Below, piece by piece: positions 11,538-25,550 of a DNA stretch of 44,274 nt (the first letter of the stretch is position 1; every line of letters starts with the position of its first letter). A model generated the notes under the pieces. That model searched no databases. It saw only the letters and a program-made list of their open reading frames with translations, and had not been told where the DNA came from. Where the stretch lies: NCBI RefSeq assembly GCF_001194135.2, contig NC_068998.1, forward strand, positions 23,730,492 to 23,774,765, given 5' to 3'. Origin of the DNA: Octopus bimaculoides. Its lineage: Eukaryota. A program made the position numbers and the translations under genes.

Positions 11538-14160
11538 ATACTGTATAGAGAATCCAGTTTCAAGATGGCATCTTTCTGGATTCCGACACTGTTGATAACC
11601 CATAGCTATATTTTCGAATATATACCATGCCGAGCGCTGAGATGCATTTTCCTACAAGATGAAGAAAATTTACATTGATACGCCATTGACGTATAAGGAT
11701 GTATAACGTAAGAGCACAGCTTTGATACAGGTCTGGAGAAGCGCCACTCTGAAGTCTAAAATCGCAAATATTACAACACTTTTCACTTTCAACGTATATG
11801 TATACTGGCTTTGAAAACAGAGTTGGTACAGAAATGATTGTAACAAACAAGTAAATATGTATTAAATCTCTTTGTTTTCTTATTCGGATTATATGTGTGC
11901 GTGCGCGTGTATGTATGCATGTATATATAGATATGTCAAGTAGATTTTTGGGATATATATAAGGATTTTTTATAGATAAACGCCAAACAAACTCTGCCTC
12001 CATAAAACAGGAAATTTAAAATCTGTATATACTAATCAGCTTGTGTATAGAGTAAAGAATATCCAGAGAGAAACATCTTAAAATACAGCCTTTACTTATG
12101 TACCTTTATGAACATCAAAGCACAGGAAACAATAATTTTCTATACTAAAACACTCAAGATATGCCCGACTAATATCACCAATCTCACAAATGAAAACGGA
12201 AAATACTTTAAATAACAACAGACAGAATCAGCCTAAACTTACCTCCGAATTATCTAGTCGTAGACGAAAATCGTTTATAAATTAACGTTGACAGTGCATT
12301 CTATTTCTGCACATGATTATCACTTAATCTTTCCAGATGTGCAGTACATACTTAGCTGAGTATCTTGAATGAAACAGATATTTTACCGCCCATTTCCCAA
12401 TTTCACTTTAGAGACAATATCTGTTTCAGTCTGTATATTACCTTCATAATATTTTGTGGGGCTTTTTAAATCGAGCGCACGTCTGAAGGAATTTAGTGCT
12501 TGTTAATTTCTTGGATAATCTATATTGATAGTAGTCTACAACTTCTATTTGTATTATACATGTAATATCCCCTTGTATTGATTCTCACTTGGCAGGTATT
12601 TTGAGTCTCCTGAAGCAAGTTACTTTTCTTTATAAGTTTCAGGATTTATGAAATTTTTTACATAGTTATAATAAATTTGTTAACTCTTCATACAATTCTG
12701 GAGAGGAGAAAAAGGGTTGATATCTTTTATTCAAGTATCTAATGAACAGAATTCTCTTACATGAGGATACTTCTGTTAGCATTCCTCAGATTGGCAAGTG
12801 TGTGGGTATATGTGCAGCAATGAGCTGCGTAATATAAACAGACTCATTTGCTTTTATAGTTGACGTCTTGCAATCATTAATTAGGCCAGTAAAATTCAGT
12901 ATGTTTGTGCCGATGAGTGATCTGCTCCTGAAATTGTACGAATATTTCCACCTCTATATTGCTATAACACAGTTTGAAGCACTTCAATTAAAAGCGCGTG
13001 TTGAAAAATCAGGGATGAATGCAACAGAGTACATGAAGGTTTAGGGTTGTATTCACATTCGTGACATTGTCAGATTGCTTAAAAATTGCCATCAAGTATT
13101 GTCTTTAAATAATAGCTGGTCTCCAAACATTTAGCGGAGAGATTATGTGAGATTAAATAGAGTGGTTACATGGTGCAGTTGGATGTTCAGTGTATTTCAT
13201 TACTAAAGCAGCGGAGTGATATTTAACAGATGCAAGTATAATGGTACCGAGTTCAGTGAAGGTATCACGCAGCTAAATTGACCATGATTAATAGCCGTAT
13301 AAATAATAAATATGGGTAAGTGAAGACATGGAACTTCACAAATTGTTCAGATTAGTAACTTTTTCAGGTTGTGTACCTAAATCATCTTTACTAAGGGGTG
13401 GAGTGTGAGAGCAAGGAAGATTTTGAGCAAAATTAAGCTACACTCACGTTGATCAGAGCGAAATAAAGCTGGGTAGGGATATATGATGTAAATATTTTTG
13501 TGGGATTTGCACGCAACTGCAGGCGGTGAGAGGAGCGAGTGGAGACGATACCACATTTTATGCGCATTTTTTATATAAAATCAGAAAATTAGAGTTCAAA
13601 CCATCTTGGATAAAAGGAGGATAAACGTAGTCTATATTAGACTGAGGTAGAAATATCTTTGTTAAAAGAGAAGATTATGCAGAATATTTATTGTATTTGG
13701 GGTCATGTGTGTAATGTTTTTTCAAGAAAAAAGAATGTTCGATGTATTTCATTTTGGAATTTGAATAATTAAGAATTGTCTCCGTAAACGTTGTAGAAGA
13801 CCTCTCTTGATATGTTCAGAAAGGTTCTTTTAGTTTCTGTGAATTTAAAAACAAGATAGGGTTGTTAGAGTTACTTAGAAAATTATCAATAAATAATCAA
13901 TAAATTTTATGATTTAAAAAATTATGCTAAAGTACAATACAGTTTGCTAACATTGACAAAGTGACTAATAGCATGAATTCAGTTAATTAAGATAAGTGGA
14001 GATTATTTTGAATAACGTGAGCAAAACAAAAAATAAAAAGTGAAGTGAAATTGTTACTTCAATGGAGAAAGAAGACATACCGAGCAGCAATTCATATTGG
14101 TTTCAAATAAATTAAAGATTGTGCTCCAAGAATGAATTCTCAGAAAATTTAATTTTCATT

Positions 14161-14344
14161 AGGCACAAGACCAGCAACTTTAGGGGAGTGTTTAAGACGA
14201 TACATCAATCCTAGTGTTCAACTAGTACTTAGTTTATAGAGCCCGAAAGGCTGAAAGGCAAATTGGACCTCGACGTAACCTAAACTCAGACCGTAAACCT
14301 AATCTTTTTGCCGGGGTATTAACACTTCTGCAAGCTGTCGCCTT
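14161..14344 (-). mobile_element. tRNA-derived SINE, family A (diverged)
   Basis: Reverse complement: aaggcgacagcttgcagaagtgttaataccccggc..tacggtctgagtttaggttacgtcgaggtccaatttgcctttcagcctttcgggctctataaactaagtactag; homologous to the 9076 copy. Confidence 0.72.
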
Positions 14345-17300
14345 TGTTTGACGCAAATATTATGATACTTATACAAGCAATGTCATTTGAAAACGTGTGG
14401 CCCCATATAATGTAAGAGTGTTACCATTATACGTAAAAACTACATTAATAGTTATAGATGATTTTCTTAAAGGAATTGTGATATTACTGTAAAACCTAAA
14501 TAATTATTTATTTAGTTGGAAGTGAAGAAGGTGGAATGGATTGGGGTGGGGGCTGTATCAGCTACAATAATGTACGAAAGTTTACCTCATTTTAATTTAA
14601 GCTTCCTTTGATCTTCTTTAGCAGAATTTTAAGGATGATAATATAAATACTGGTAATATATTCAATTTTAGCTGTTTCATATAATATTATCTTCATATAA
14701 TGTACCTTTTAATCTCAAGGAAATTTTTTTAGATACTAATCTCGGCTACGGATTTCAGAGTTGTTAAGACATTCGTGCTTTGAAAAATACATTACTTAAT
14801 AAAGATTCATACCGGAAGGAAATTTGTCTGAATTTCTTTCGAAGAAAACTTGAATTTACCACAACCCTTACTACAAGCTTTGGTTTCCATTGGTCGTATT
14901 ATACACATGCTTGTTTGAAATATATACATTATAGGTTTTGAAGCTAAATGGTAATGTGAAAGTGAAATATTTTCAAACCAAATTCGATATCCAGACGCCA
15001 GTGCTTATCACTACCTACTTAACTACTCTAAAAAAAACTGAGGCTAAACTTAATAGCAGGGATAAGTTATTTAGCCTTATTAGCATACAGTACTGACTTC
15101 GAAGATTTAGTTTCACCCAAGAATTCAAAGAGAGAAAAGATTATCAAAGACGTCAATTGCTCACATCGAACACACGGATATGAAATTGAGTTAGTACTGC
15201 AATGAATCAAAACACGTGAAATATAGTTTCTACGCTAACAAGATCACGAGAAGTTGGTGAATTGTATAGAATTATACATTACATAGTGCAAACTGATTAA
15301 CGCGAGAGGAGAGCGGTTGTTAGGAGATAAGTTTCTTGGTGAGAGATCGAAAATTTTGGGCTATTATTAACTAGACAAAACTAACAATATAATTTTGTTC
15401 GAGATCGTTGATTGACCAATTACTTCGAATTTTCTAAGAATAATTATTGAACATTAACATGGGACAGTATTGTCATGAACGTTTTATATGTATATTATCT
15501 GTATTAAATCTGATGGAAAACGAATTAAAAGCGAGATTTGTCTTCAGGTAAATTTCAGTTCGTCCCTTAGGACGCGTGTATTGAATCGAACAAAATTGGT
15601 TTCAATTATATCTCTAATTCATATATCCCAGTTAGGAAAGTGTGCATGTTATTTACCATTAAATAATATGACGTACTTAATTGTTTTGCATTACGAGGAA
15701 TGACATCGTAAAATGATAAAATATACTAGGTAATCATAAGAAGTGTAGATATAATTAATCAGATATGATGCAATTTAGCTACAGCGTATGCTGAGCATTA
15801 AACTCATATATATATTGAGTGAAGTAAGATATATATGATAAATGCATCACGAATCTTTGTTGCTTCCGAAAAACGAGATTTTAAGTTCGTGATAATTTGC
15901 CTCTTACAAAATGAAATCATTCAATGCAACTGAAAATAGCGAAACAAAGAAGAATACAAAGCTGAAGAATTGTAGTTAAACAAGTAGAAATGCGTGTGAA
16001 ATGAACACGTATATGTTCATCGACAACTAACATGTCAGATCAATGGCGGGATGGTATCTCAACGAAATATTAAAAGAAATATGTGTACATGTGTATGTGA
16101 GGGTAAGGGAGAGAGAAATAAAGAGAGAGAAAGAATTGAGAGAGATAATCTCGCATCATCGCCAAAGACATACACGTGCTCTAATGTACAAATGGTTAAC
16201 TTGTGTCAATTTACGAGGGGCTGGATAATCCACTGACATAATTTCGTTATCATAAATCTCAAGCAGAACCCGAATGGCACAGCGTGATAATTCAGGGCTT
16301 TTGAATTTCCAAATTATTCTGGGTTTCACTGGAGAAGTTGGTTTCCTGTGAACTCAGATTCTCTGATAGGTCGTGGGTCGACACGAGGTTAATGTAAAAC
16401 TGCTTCTAAATGATTATTATATTCATATGTATATATTAATATGTATACTTCAAATGGGTAAGGCCATAAAACTTATTCGGAGATATGTCGATATTGAATA
16501 GTTCAAGACTTAACCTGTCTCAAGCGAAATAAAGCTGTAGACTTATTTAACTTCTGGATGTTCTCTCAGTGGATCGTAAATATATACGATTTGGTGAGTT
16601 TATACACTAATCTCCTTAAATATATGTCTACTGATTCCAGTATATACAAGGACAGTTTACATCAGAAAAAGCATTATCGAAAAGGTAAAATATTTTTATA
16701 TAAGAAGGTTTAACAATTTGTAAGTTATTTCCATATGCTCCGTGTAGTTCATATTGGTTAAAAGATTAAAATGTTCGACTGTAAGAGGAAAAGGAATGCC
16801 TTAAATATTTAATGAGGCGTTATACAGACTGCTAATTAACGACGGTAGGTGAGAGTTGAAGGAAGTATTTTAAAATTAGTCGACTGAGAAGGCTTATTGA
16901 AATCAACATTGGGAAACGCTAATGCATATACTTGTGCACATATGTGTACGCATGTGTTTGCGGGCTAATGTGTGAGTGTAAATATTTCCGCTAGTTAACT
17001 TAAAAGAAGTTTTTTCTTTATGCAATGAACTTTAGTTATACATTTATGTAAGATTGGCCTGTTTCTTTTTCTTTTGGTTTTACGTGCTTTTTATGGAAGA
17101 AAAATGCTAAGACTCAGCATCTAGTTCAATAAATAAATTATAAATTATTAGTGTCGCAATAGTGATTTCCTTCAAAGCTATATTGTACTACAAACTTTTT
17201 GCCTACACTCTATGAATAAAAGATATGCTTTGTCGGCTAGAGACTAGATCTTTCTCCCTGAGTAAGACATTTAAAGAACTGACAAATAACATACATACAT

Positions 17301-18134
17301 ATATACAAACAGACACACAGACAGATACGTATGCATGCATGCATATATCCTTGCAGCCATCCATTCATCCATCTATTCATACATACATACATACATACAT
17401 AAACACATGCGTACATACATAAACACAGGTACAAAAGTGTATGTGTGTGTGGGGTTGTTTGCGTGTGTATCTGTGTTTCTGTCGCTCTGTAGGGAAGTAC
17501 AAACCATGTTTGCTTGGGTGTATATTTTTTCGGCATTATACAGACAACACACTACGCTTGACGTAACTGTGAGTACGCAGGCATTATGGCAAACCACTTG
17601 GCTGATAACATGATGTCATGATAAAAAAGAATACCTTAGGAAACATCTGAAAACTATCTATGCCTTCATTCTGAGATATTCAACTAGTATCACATAGTAT
17701 CTGTCAAGGAAGTACCCAAATCTCGATCGCCGACCTGGTGATATCAAATGAAAAATATACATATCGTTTTTCTCTTCATCTTCGCTTCTGTTTACTGTCA
17801 CATATTGTATTGCATCTGACCCTCTCCAGTAACCTTCCATCCCCCTATCATTCAGGCCCCTTGTGTCTTTTAATAAGACATCAGGAAATAAACAGAGGAG
17901 CATGAAACCACAAGTTTCAAAGTTAACTATTTTTAAGATATAGATTTGATAACTTTACCAGATATTTTATATTTAATCAGCACCCTCCTACGATATTATA
18001 ATTTAATTACGTTCGTGATTCATAATTATCGTTCGGATATTATCGATAATTATTCATTGTATATTTCATTTGATGGATAAATCAACAGTATGTGGGTGGG
18101 TGCAGGCAACTACTCACATAATATAAGTGTGTGT

Positions 18135-18450
18135 TTCTGTCCGGGATTGCCTGTTTACAACGACTCGTATATTTCAGTATAATCAGGAATGTAATGTTTG
18201 CCGATAAAACACACGGGCATTATTCCAAGCTTCTCTGCCTTCACTGCATAAATGTCCTGTTCAGATATCAGACATTAAAACCGGCGCCACTTCTCTTATT
18301 TGATCCCTTAACCGGGACATTACCGATATTTATAGTTCGACCTCTGGAGAAAGATATAGTAAATCTTCTCTAACGATTATTGTCAGGATGCCAAGATTAC
18401 ACGTTTCGTAATATATCAACTGAATCACTTCCGCGTTCTCCTCTGGGTCG
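18135..18450 (-). mobile_element. Ty3/Gypsy integrase N-terminal (zinc-binding) remnant
   Basis: Minus-strand translation DPEENAEVIQLI..IVREDLLYL..RLRDQIREVA..TGHL..NNARVFY, then after a frameshift DYTEIYESL*TGNPGQK. This parallels the Gypsy pattern DP.L..VI..I..DGLLYR..LR..IL..AH..GHLG..R..FYW..DY...C..CQ.TGKP. Cut off by the gap at 18463. Confidence 0.45.
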
Positions 18451-18462
18451 TTGTGTGTATAT

Positions 18463-19089
18463 NNNNNNNNNNNNNNNNNNNNNNNNNNNNNNNNNNNNNN
18501 NNNNNNNNNNNNNNNNNNNNNNNNNNNNNNNNNNNNNNNNNNNNNNNNNNNNNNNNNNNNNNNNNNNNNNNNNNNNNNNNNNNNNNNNNNNNNNNNNNNN
18601 NNNNNNNNNNNNNNNNNNNNNNNNNNNNNNNNNNNNNNNNNNNNNNNNNNNNNNNNNNNNNNNNNNNNNNNNNNNNNNNNNNNNNNNNNNNNNNNNNNNN
18701 NNNNNNNNNNNNNNNNNNNNNNNNNNNNNNNNNNNNNNNNNNNNNNNNNNNNNNNNNNNNNNNNNNNNNNNNNNNNNNNNNNNNNNNNNNNNNNNNNNNN
18801 NNNNNNNNNNNNNNNNNNNNNNNNNNNNNNNNNNNNNNNNNNNNNNNNNNNNNNNNNNNNNNNNNNNNNNNNNNNNNNNNNNNNNNNNNNNNNNNNNNNN
18901 NNNNNNNNNNNNNNNNNNNNNNNNNNNNNNNNNNNNNNNNNNNNNNNNNNNNNNNNNNNNNNNNNNNNNNNNNNNNNNNNNNNNNNNNNNNNNNNNNNNN
19001 NNNNNNNNNNNNNNNNNNNNNNNNNNNNNNNNNNNNNNNNNNNNNNNNNNNNNNNNNNNNNNNNNNNNNNNNNNNNNNNNNNNNNNNNN
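18463..19089. other. Assembly gap (N run)
   Basis: N run flanked by (AT)n. Confidence 0.99.
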
Positions 19090-22000
19090 ATATATATATA
19101 TATATATATATAGGCATATATATGTATGTCTGTTTGCATGTATATATGAGTATGAACACATGAATGTATGCATATCCTCATAATATGCCTATATACACAT
19201 TCACACACTCATATACATACACCCATACACGTGTATAATTTCTTTCGTCTGTGAGTATATGTGCATTTGCGTTTAACTTTAGATATGAGTGTGTTGAATG
19301 TTTTATGTTTGAGTATTCTTGTGAATGTTCTGCAACGACCTATAAATCATAGTATATGTGGAATCGAAGTCTGCTCCCTGGACGTCCCTGTGTGTTGTTG
19401 TTCTAGGATCGTTGTATACACAACTTAATTGTTGCTATCTTCATCTATTTCTCTTTTCTCTCTCTTTCGGTCTTTTTCTCCCATTGAAACTTCTTCCTTT
19501 CATTTTCTCTACTTCAAATAATAAGCGAACGTATGAAACAATTTAGCCAAGGAAAAACGATTTGTGGTTTAGTTTGACTGCAAAATAAAGAGACACAAAC
19601 GCTAGTTTATCTTCAATTGAAGGGAAAATTAACAATAATATCATTATCAGAAACGTATCACTCAGAATGCTGTGTAAAATTTATAGGGAATATTTCTTCC
19701 AGTCAGGGCTAACTGTCTCTTTATTTTCTCAAACTTTGACTGCTGCGCTTAGCAACAGTCATCGATGTAAGAGAAGAATCGCCAGTATTAAAGAGAATAA
19801 GTGAAATAAAACTTTTATCAGCTTTATCTGTTGAAAGTATTTTTATATAAAATCACGAAATTATTTGGTAGACTGATGTCCGCTAGTTTATATAAGATTC
19901 GAAATGTTTCACATAGATCAACTTGATTAAATTGTGTTTCTTTTGAATAGTTTCCACACAGTTAAACAGAGTGTATTAATATGTTTTAATGGCACATTAC
20001 GTATTTTCCCTCAATAAACAACATATACCATAGCACCTAAAACTCTCACTAATAAAAGTTCCTGTGTTTTCTTCAATGGTACATCTTACTCTTAGTAACC
20101 CATTTTCAGTAGCTGTGTATCCTACAGGGGCATCTAAATTTCGCATAACTGTCAGTAGAAGATCACAGATTGTGACATGTCTGGTGACTTGATGCATGGG
20201 TACAGTGAATCCGAGAGTTGTGGCACATTTTTCGTCTATACAGTTTCGGTTAAAATGTGTGGGACTATCTACGACTATTGTAAATGATTTAAGTTTACGG
20301 TTGTAGTAGAAGGCATATTGTTTCAGATCGTAATTACGGCTAAGATCTCTCAGGAAAATATCTTTGTGCTCTTTTGACTTCTTTTTCAATCAGCCCCAAA
20401 AGGATCAGATGCAACTAGAATATAACAAATATTATTACAAAGCCAGCATGTAAATAATATTACCCTCACTGAGCATTTATCACTGTACGTGAATGCACAC
20501 GAAACGCAATTTTGTTATCAACAAATATGATTTGGATGTGCATCCACTTTTCCTATTATGAATGTCTACCTCTCGATGTCATACGTCAGCAGGATATGGA
20601 CTGGAGCAACAAGTGCGTAGTACAACACTGCACCACGTATAATAAACCAATACATTACATCAAATTAAAAACTATTTATGAAGTTCTTTCGTGTAAATGT
20701 TTCCATTTTTCAACTCTAATTTCTAATGCATGAGATCAATTTTTTTCACAATGATTATTGTTACGGAGACAATCTCTCACTAAGAAGTAACTTTTTGGAT
20801 ATTTTCTTCCTTGTAACTCCTTTTTCATTATACTGCTAGCAGCTAGTATTTATTCTCATTACGCTAGTATAAGTTTTATGTAATTCCACGACATTTTCTA
20901 AGTTGTCAAGGTAATAATGCTGAAAAAGGGCATGGACCTCTTGACGGTACCACAGAATAGCTTCATAGCGGCTCACTTTGGGTAACGACGGCTTGCATGC
21001 TTAGTTCGCAAGTTCTGTTTGAATACATTCTTTATTCTTTTAATGCTTTACCATCGAAATACATGCTCCTCGACCATAGCAGCGTTTCTCATGGTTCTCA
21101 TTCTTTCCAGTATTTCATTGTTTTTAACACAAACAACTCATTTGATGTTGAAAATCAATGTTGAAAATCAATTCTAATTATTGAAACTTCTCGCGTCAAC
21201 AAATGTGGTGGTGGCATGGTGGTCATTTCATGTGCGAAATATCGGAGTCAATTTTCTTCAATGATGGTTTCCATTTTCCTAGTTTCGTTTTGTGCAATAC
21301 AATAATTTCATTTGTTGAAACAATTAAGACCTGTACATTTTAGGTTTTCTCTTAGCAACCAAAGAATTTTGTGTTAAAGAGCTATATGTTTTGAGTTTCA
21401 GGATTGGAAAGAACATTTCTTGCAATCAGGAAAGCAGCGCGGTCGGGGCGTAGTCGACTGAAACGTTATCATCAAACATTGAAGAGTTGGATAACTTACC
21501 GCGAAGACAAGGGACAATAGAATATCTGTGACTTCTTTACTATGGACTGTAATTTGAACAAGTCTTCTTTCTTCTAAAAGTTGATATTGGGTAAGCAATT
21601 TCGTAATTACTAAATTGACAATGAGATCAGAGACCGGTTTAACTTACGGACGCTACGACAATGTCGGTTTAACTTACGGACGCTACCGCAATATAATGTA
21701 CGCCGTAATTCACTGTCATTATATGGACATAGTGAACCTTCTCCTGCATTAGACATTTGTAGTGGTGTTAAATATTAATCCCTTAGTACAACAAACATTT
21801 TCAGTTTATATGTAACCAATAATAATGAAAATCATTCAGTAAAGTTTAGAATTGAATATTTGAAAGTTTGATACTATGCATCAGAAAACTTAATTGATGA
21901 AATACCCCAGTAGCAAGTCTTTACTAAAGCGGGGGACACTCATATGGTATAAGAAACAACAAAGATAGGAAAATAGGAATATTAAGAATGGTATGTTTTA

Positions 22001-22102
22001 AGAAGCACTATTAATGTATTTAACTGAGGGAATTAAGTAATAATGTTGTGCAGTATATCAATACTACTGGAAATATCCAAACACACGTATATGTATATAT
22101 AT

Positions 22103-22550
22103 NNNNNNNNNNNNNNNNNNNNNNNNNNNNNNNNNNNNNNNNNNNNNNNNNNNNNNNNNNNNNNNNNNNNNNNNNNNNNNNNNNNNNNNNNNNNNNNNNN
22201 NNNNNNNNNNNNNNNNNNNNNNNNNNNNNNNNNNNNNNNNNNNNNNNNNNNNNNNNNNNNNNNNNNNNNNNNNNNNNNNNNNNNNNNNNNNNNNNNNNNN
22301 NNNNNNNNNNNNNNNNNNNNNNNNNNNNNNNNNNNNNNNNNNNNNNNNNNNNNNNNNNNNNNNNNNNNNNNNNNNNNNNNNNNNNNNNNNNNNNNNNNNN
22401 NNNNNNNNNNNNNNNNNNNNNNNNNNNNNNNNNNNNNNNNNNNNNNNNNNNNNNNNNNNNNNNNNNNNNNNNNNNNNNNNNNNNNNNNNNNNNNNNNNNN
22501 NNNNNNNNNNNNNNNNNNNNNNNNNNNNNNNNNNNNNNNNNNNNNNNNNN
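22103..22550. other. Assembly gap (N run)
   Basis: N run preceded by (AT)n. Confidence 0.99.
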
Positions 22551-22999
22551 TATTACAACGAACGTCAAAGACTTTCCGTATTCCCGAGCGTCATACTAAT
22601 ATATACTTTTGTTATTTACACCACCTGTCCTCGTCTGTTGTTATTATTTGTATATTCTCCCATATATATTACAACGCTTGGTTTCTAATTGTATTTATCT
22701 TGTTTCCAGTCTTGAATCTATCATCCAGTTTTGTATTGTATCATTCTTTGTCTGGTTGATACCATTCCCTTCACTGTTTAAAAATTGTTACATATCAAGA
22801 AAAGCTTCATGATAGAAAACTATTGTGGAAACGTTTAACGTCAATAGAATATAAAAGATAACGAGGAACAGCAATGTCTTGCTTCCTTACGAATGTACAA
22901 ATTACATGAAACTCTTTCTTTCACAAAAATATACCTCTCGTTCACACAGAAAAGGAAATTATGAATGAATGTCAGAATCAGTGATTGACTCATATTTCT

Positions 23000-24700
23000 T
23001 ACTGTTTACATTTTTAGTTGGAAATGACATACATTCCTGAATTTTTGAAGCGTGGAATATGAGGAATTTCAGGACGACTAGTTATGTTTTCAAACTTTGG
23101 AACATCAACAATTAGAGCAATTATGATAAATCTCGACAAAATGTAAGCTCCTGTGGGGATTACATAATTGTTATATGCAGGAGTAATATATTCAATGAAC
23201 AAAAGTTTTTTTTTTTGAAAATGGAAAATATGCTTGCTGTTTTGATTGACAACGAAACGCAATGCAGTATGCCATTAAAGCAACTTAACAAAACGAGAAT
23301 AAGCAAACAGCTTGTTCATGCCTGTACCAGAAGGGAAGAGAATTAATTCAGATAAAATTACAGTTAGGATAACTATAATTTTGATAACTCGATTTGAAAG
23401 CTAGAAAGGGTGAAATACGTCTCTGAGTATCATTAGTTTCGATGAAGCTCTAAATGCAGACGCCCATAAAGTCAGGGAATTTCCCAAGATTGTTAAGAAT
23501 AGCATTGAGCGCAGTAATTATTCTCCTCGGGTTGTATTCAGTGTCCGTAAGAGAAGGAAAATTCCCAGTTTCATGAAAAAAGGCACTTCTCGGTTATAGG
23601 CAGCAAAATACAATTTAGCACTACTAATTGCCGTATTTATTTCCCCATTCCAAGTTTTGCCTTTGCTCATTTATTATTCTGATAAACGACAAACAACGAA
23701 AGATGTTTCCAGCTGGAGAAAGGATCATATAAAATCTTCATTGGTTAGGCGATTTTCTATGTTCATTACTGTTAATTTCTTATTATGTGTCCATTGAAAT
23801 TATTTCAAATATGTTATGTAAATATTCAGGTAATTTAAGATCCCGATTTTTAAAATAATAGGCAATATTAACGTGTATGATATAAACCATATGGTTAGGG
23901 AATAGATAATTGGATTGGTAAAAGTTTCTAACGATGTATGGCAATATGTATTACACCCTTAATTACACCTTTAATCACATCGATTTAAACACACTGCAGT
24001 CCATTTTCTCACCAAATGCTACTTCCAATCATTATCTTCAGATAACTGGTGTAATTTACAAAATTTCAATACAAAATAAAATTATAACGTCTAAGATTCA
24101 TAGTTATGTCATATTTTATATACTTCTCCGACCATCTTCCACATATTTCTTTTTTTTTTTTTATTACATATGTGAAAGATATCATAACAGGATATATCGA
24201 CTTAAATAGGATGTCGAGTGTCAATAACCATGTCTTTTGATTCAGCATAGCAACAACATTCTCTATATTCTGTATTGGAATACATTCCAGATTCAATAGT
24301 TTCTGTCCGAGCATCCCTTCTTGGTCTAATGTATGGATCCTATACAGTGGCAATTTCCCATCAACACAACATTTGTCATGCTGTCAGCGAAATACACTCA
24401 AAAATTGCGCTTTTGTTTGAAGATCATATAACTAACACATGTGATATTATAAGATAAATAAAGGCACAAACAGATGAATAAAATTTTGTCGAGAGTAAGC
24501 AAGTATTTTTCGCTGTAACAGTACTAGAATTAATAGTTTCAGTATTATTATACTAATAATGTATTTCCTTGGTGTTTGTTGACATTTCTGATCAATTCCG
24601 TGAATAAATGACATTCTTTCGTAAACGAATGATGAATGAATTTCTGGAAATGATGTAACTTTCATAATCTTAAAGATGTTTGTCCAATTTCGTAGTTTGC
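23000..24700 (-). mobile_element. Old L1/Tx1-like LINE RT remnant
   Basis: Minus-strand motifs in RT order: NFECISLT (~24400; cf. NWRPISLL), HTLDQEG..IENVVAMLNQKTWLLTLDILFKSI (24330-24200; cf. HSDQTGF..LLTLDFEKAFDSI), MKLGIFL (~23570; cf. KYLGIFL), QSWEIP*LYGRLHL (~23490; cf. W....SLYGR..LIK). Confidence 0.5.
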
Positions 24701-25189
24701 TTTCAGAGGTTCAGCTAGAATTTTACTCTCAGGGTACACCTCTGTGTTGTCTTTGACTACTTTAATATTGCTCGACCTCGTTGAAGCTTCTTGTATAAAT
24801 AATAAACAGCACTAGCTTGGAACGTTATAGGTAGCTGATACGACAATGACGGTCATATTTCTGTCGTTTATAAATTTCAATACATTGTCGTCTTCAAGTG
24901 GGAAGATTTCTTTTCTTTTTCCATCACTTTATTTATTTATTCATTTATTTTGTTTTACTCTCAAATACAACGTTTCTCTTGAGCCTCCTCCACAATAGTA
25001 TGTTACAACCATTCGTAAGAAAGATACTTGGAGTTTCTCTTTTACCATGTTGAACATCACATTTTACTGCTTCAAGCTACAGAATGTTGCATATGTGTAG
25101 AAGTCAGTATGTTGGTGTCAAGCATATAAGTGAATAAAATTTTATGTTACCATTGACGTATAGCATTTACAGATAACTTAAAAGGTGAC

Positions 25190-25202
25190 GCTGATAATAA
25201 TG

Positions 25203-25260
<58 letters not shown>

Positions 25261-25332
25261 TGATAATAATAATGATAATGATGCTGTTGATGATGATGAT
25301 GATTATTATTATGATTATTATTATTATTATTA

Positions 25333-25367
<35 letters not shown>
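25190..25367. repeat. Compound trinucleotide array (AAT)n-(GAT)n-(ATT)n
   Basis: Directly visible; source of the poly-N/H/Y/I ORFs. Confidence 0.96.
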
Positions 25368-25550
25368 TCCCAAATATTTTACATGAAATGAAGCAATGAA
25401 ATTTTATACAGTGTGTTATAGTAGGTTATCAACACTTGTATCAGTAATTGTTAAGACCATTTAGATCCCAATTTCAAGGAGCTTATTACAATTAGTTACG
25501 TATGTCTTCATGGAATATTACATGTTGAGTATATATACATACATACATTC

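Noticed and set aside
18330-19208. Long ORFs spanning N runs (also at 22.0-22.8 kb, 38.4-39.3 kb and 40.0-40.9 kb)
   Set aside because: Their length comes from Ns translated as X; only the Dong-frame portions are meaningful.
21050-21300. Minus-strand METIIEEN*LRYFAH / NEILERMRT peptides resembling an RTE C-terminus
   Set aside because: Order is inconsistent and similarity is marginal.
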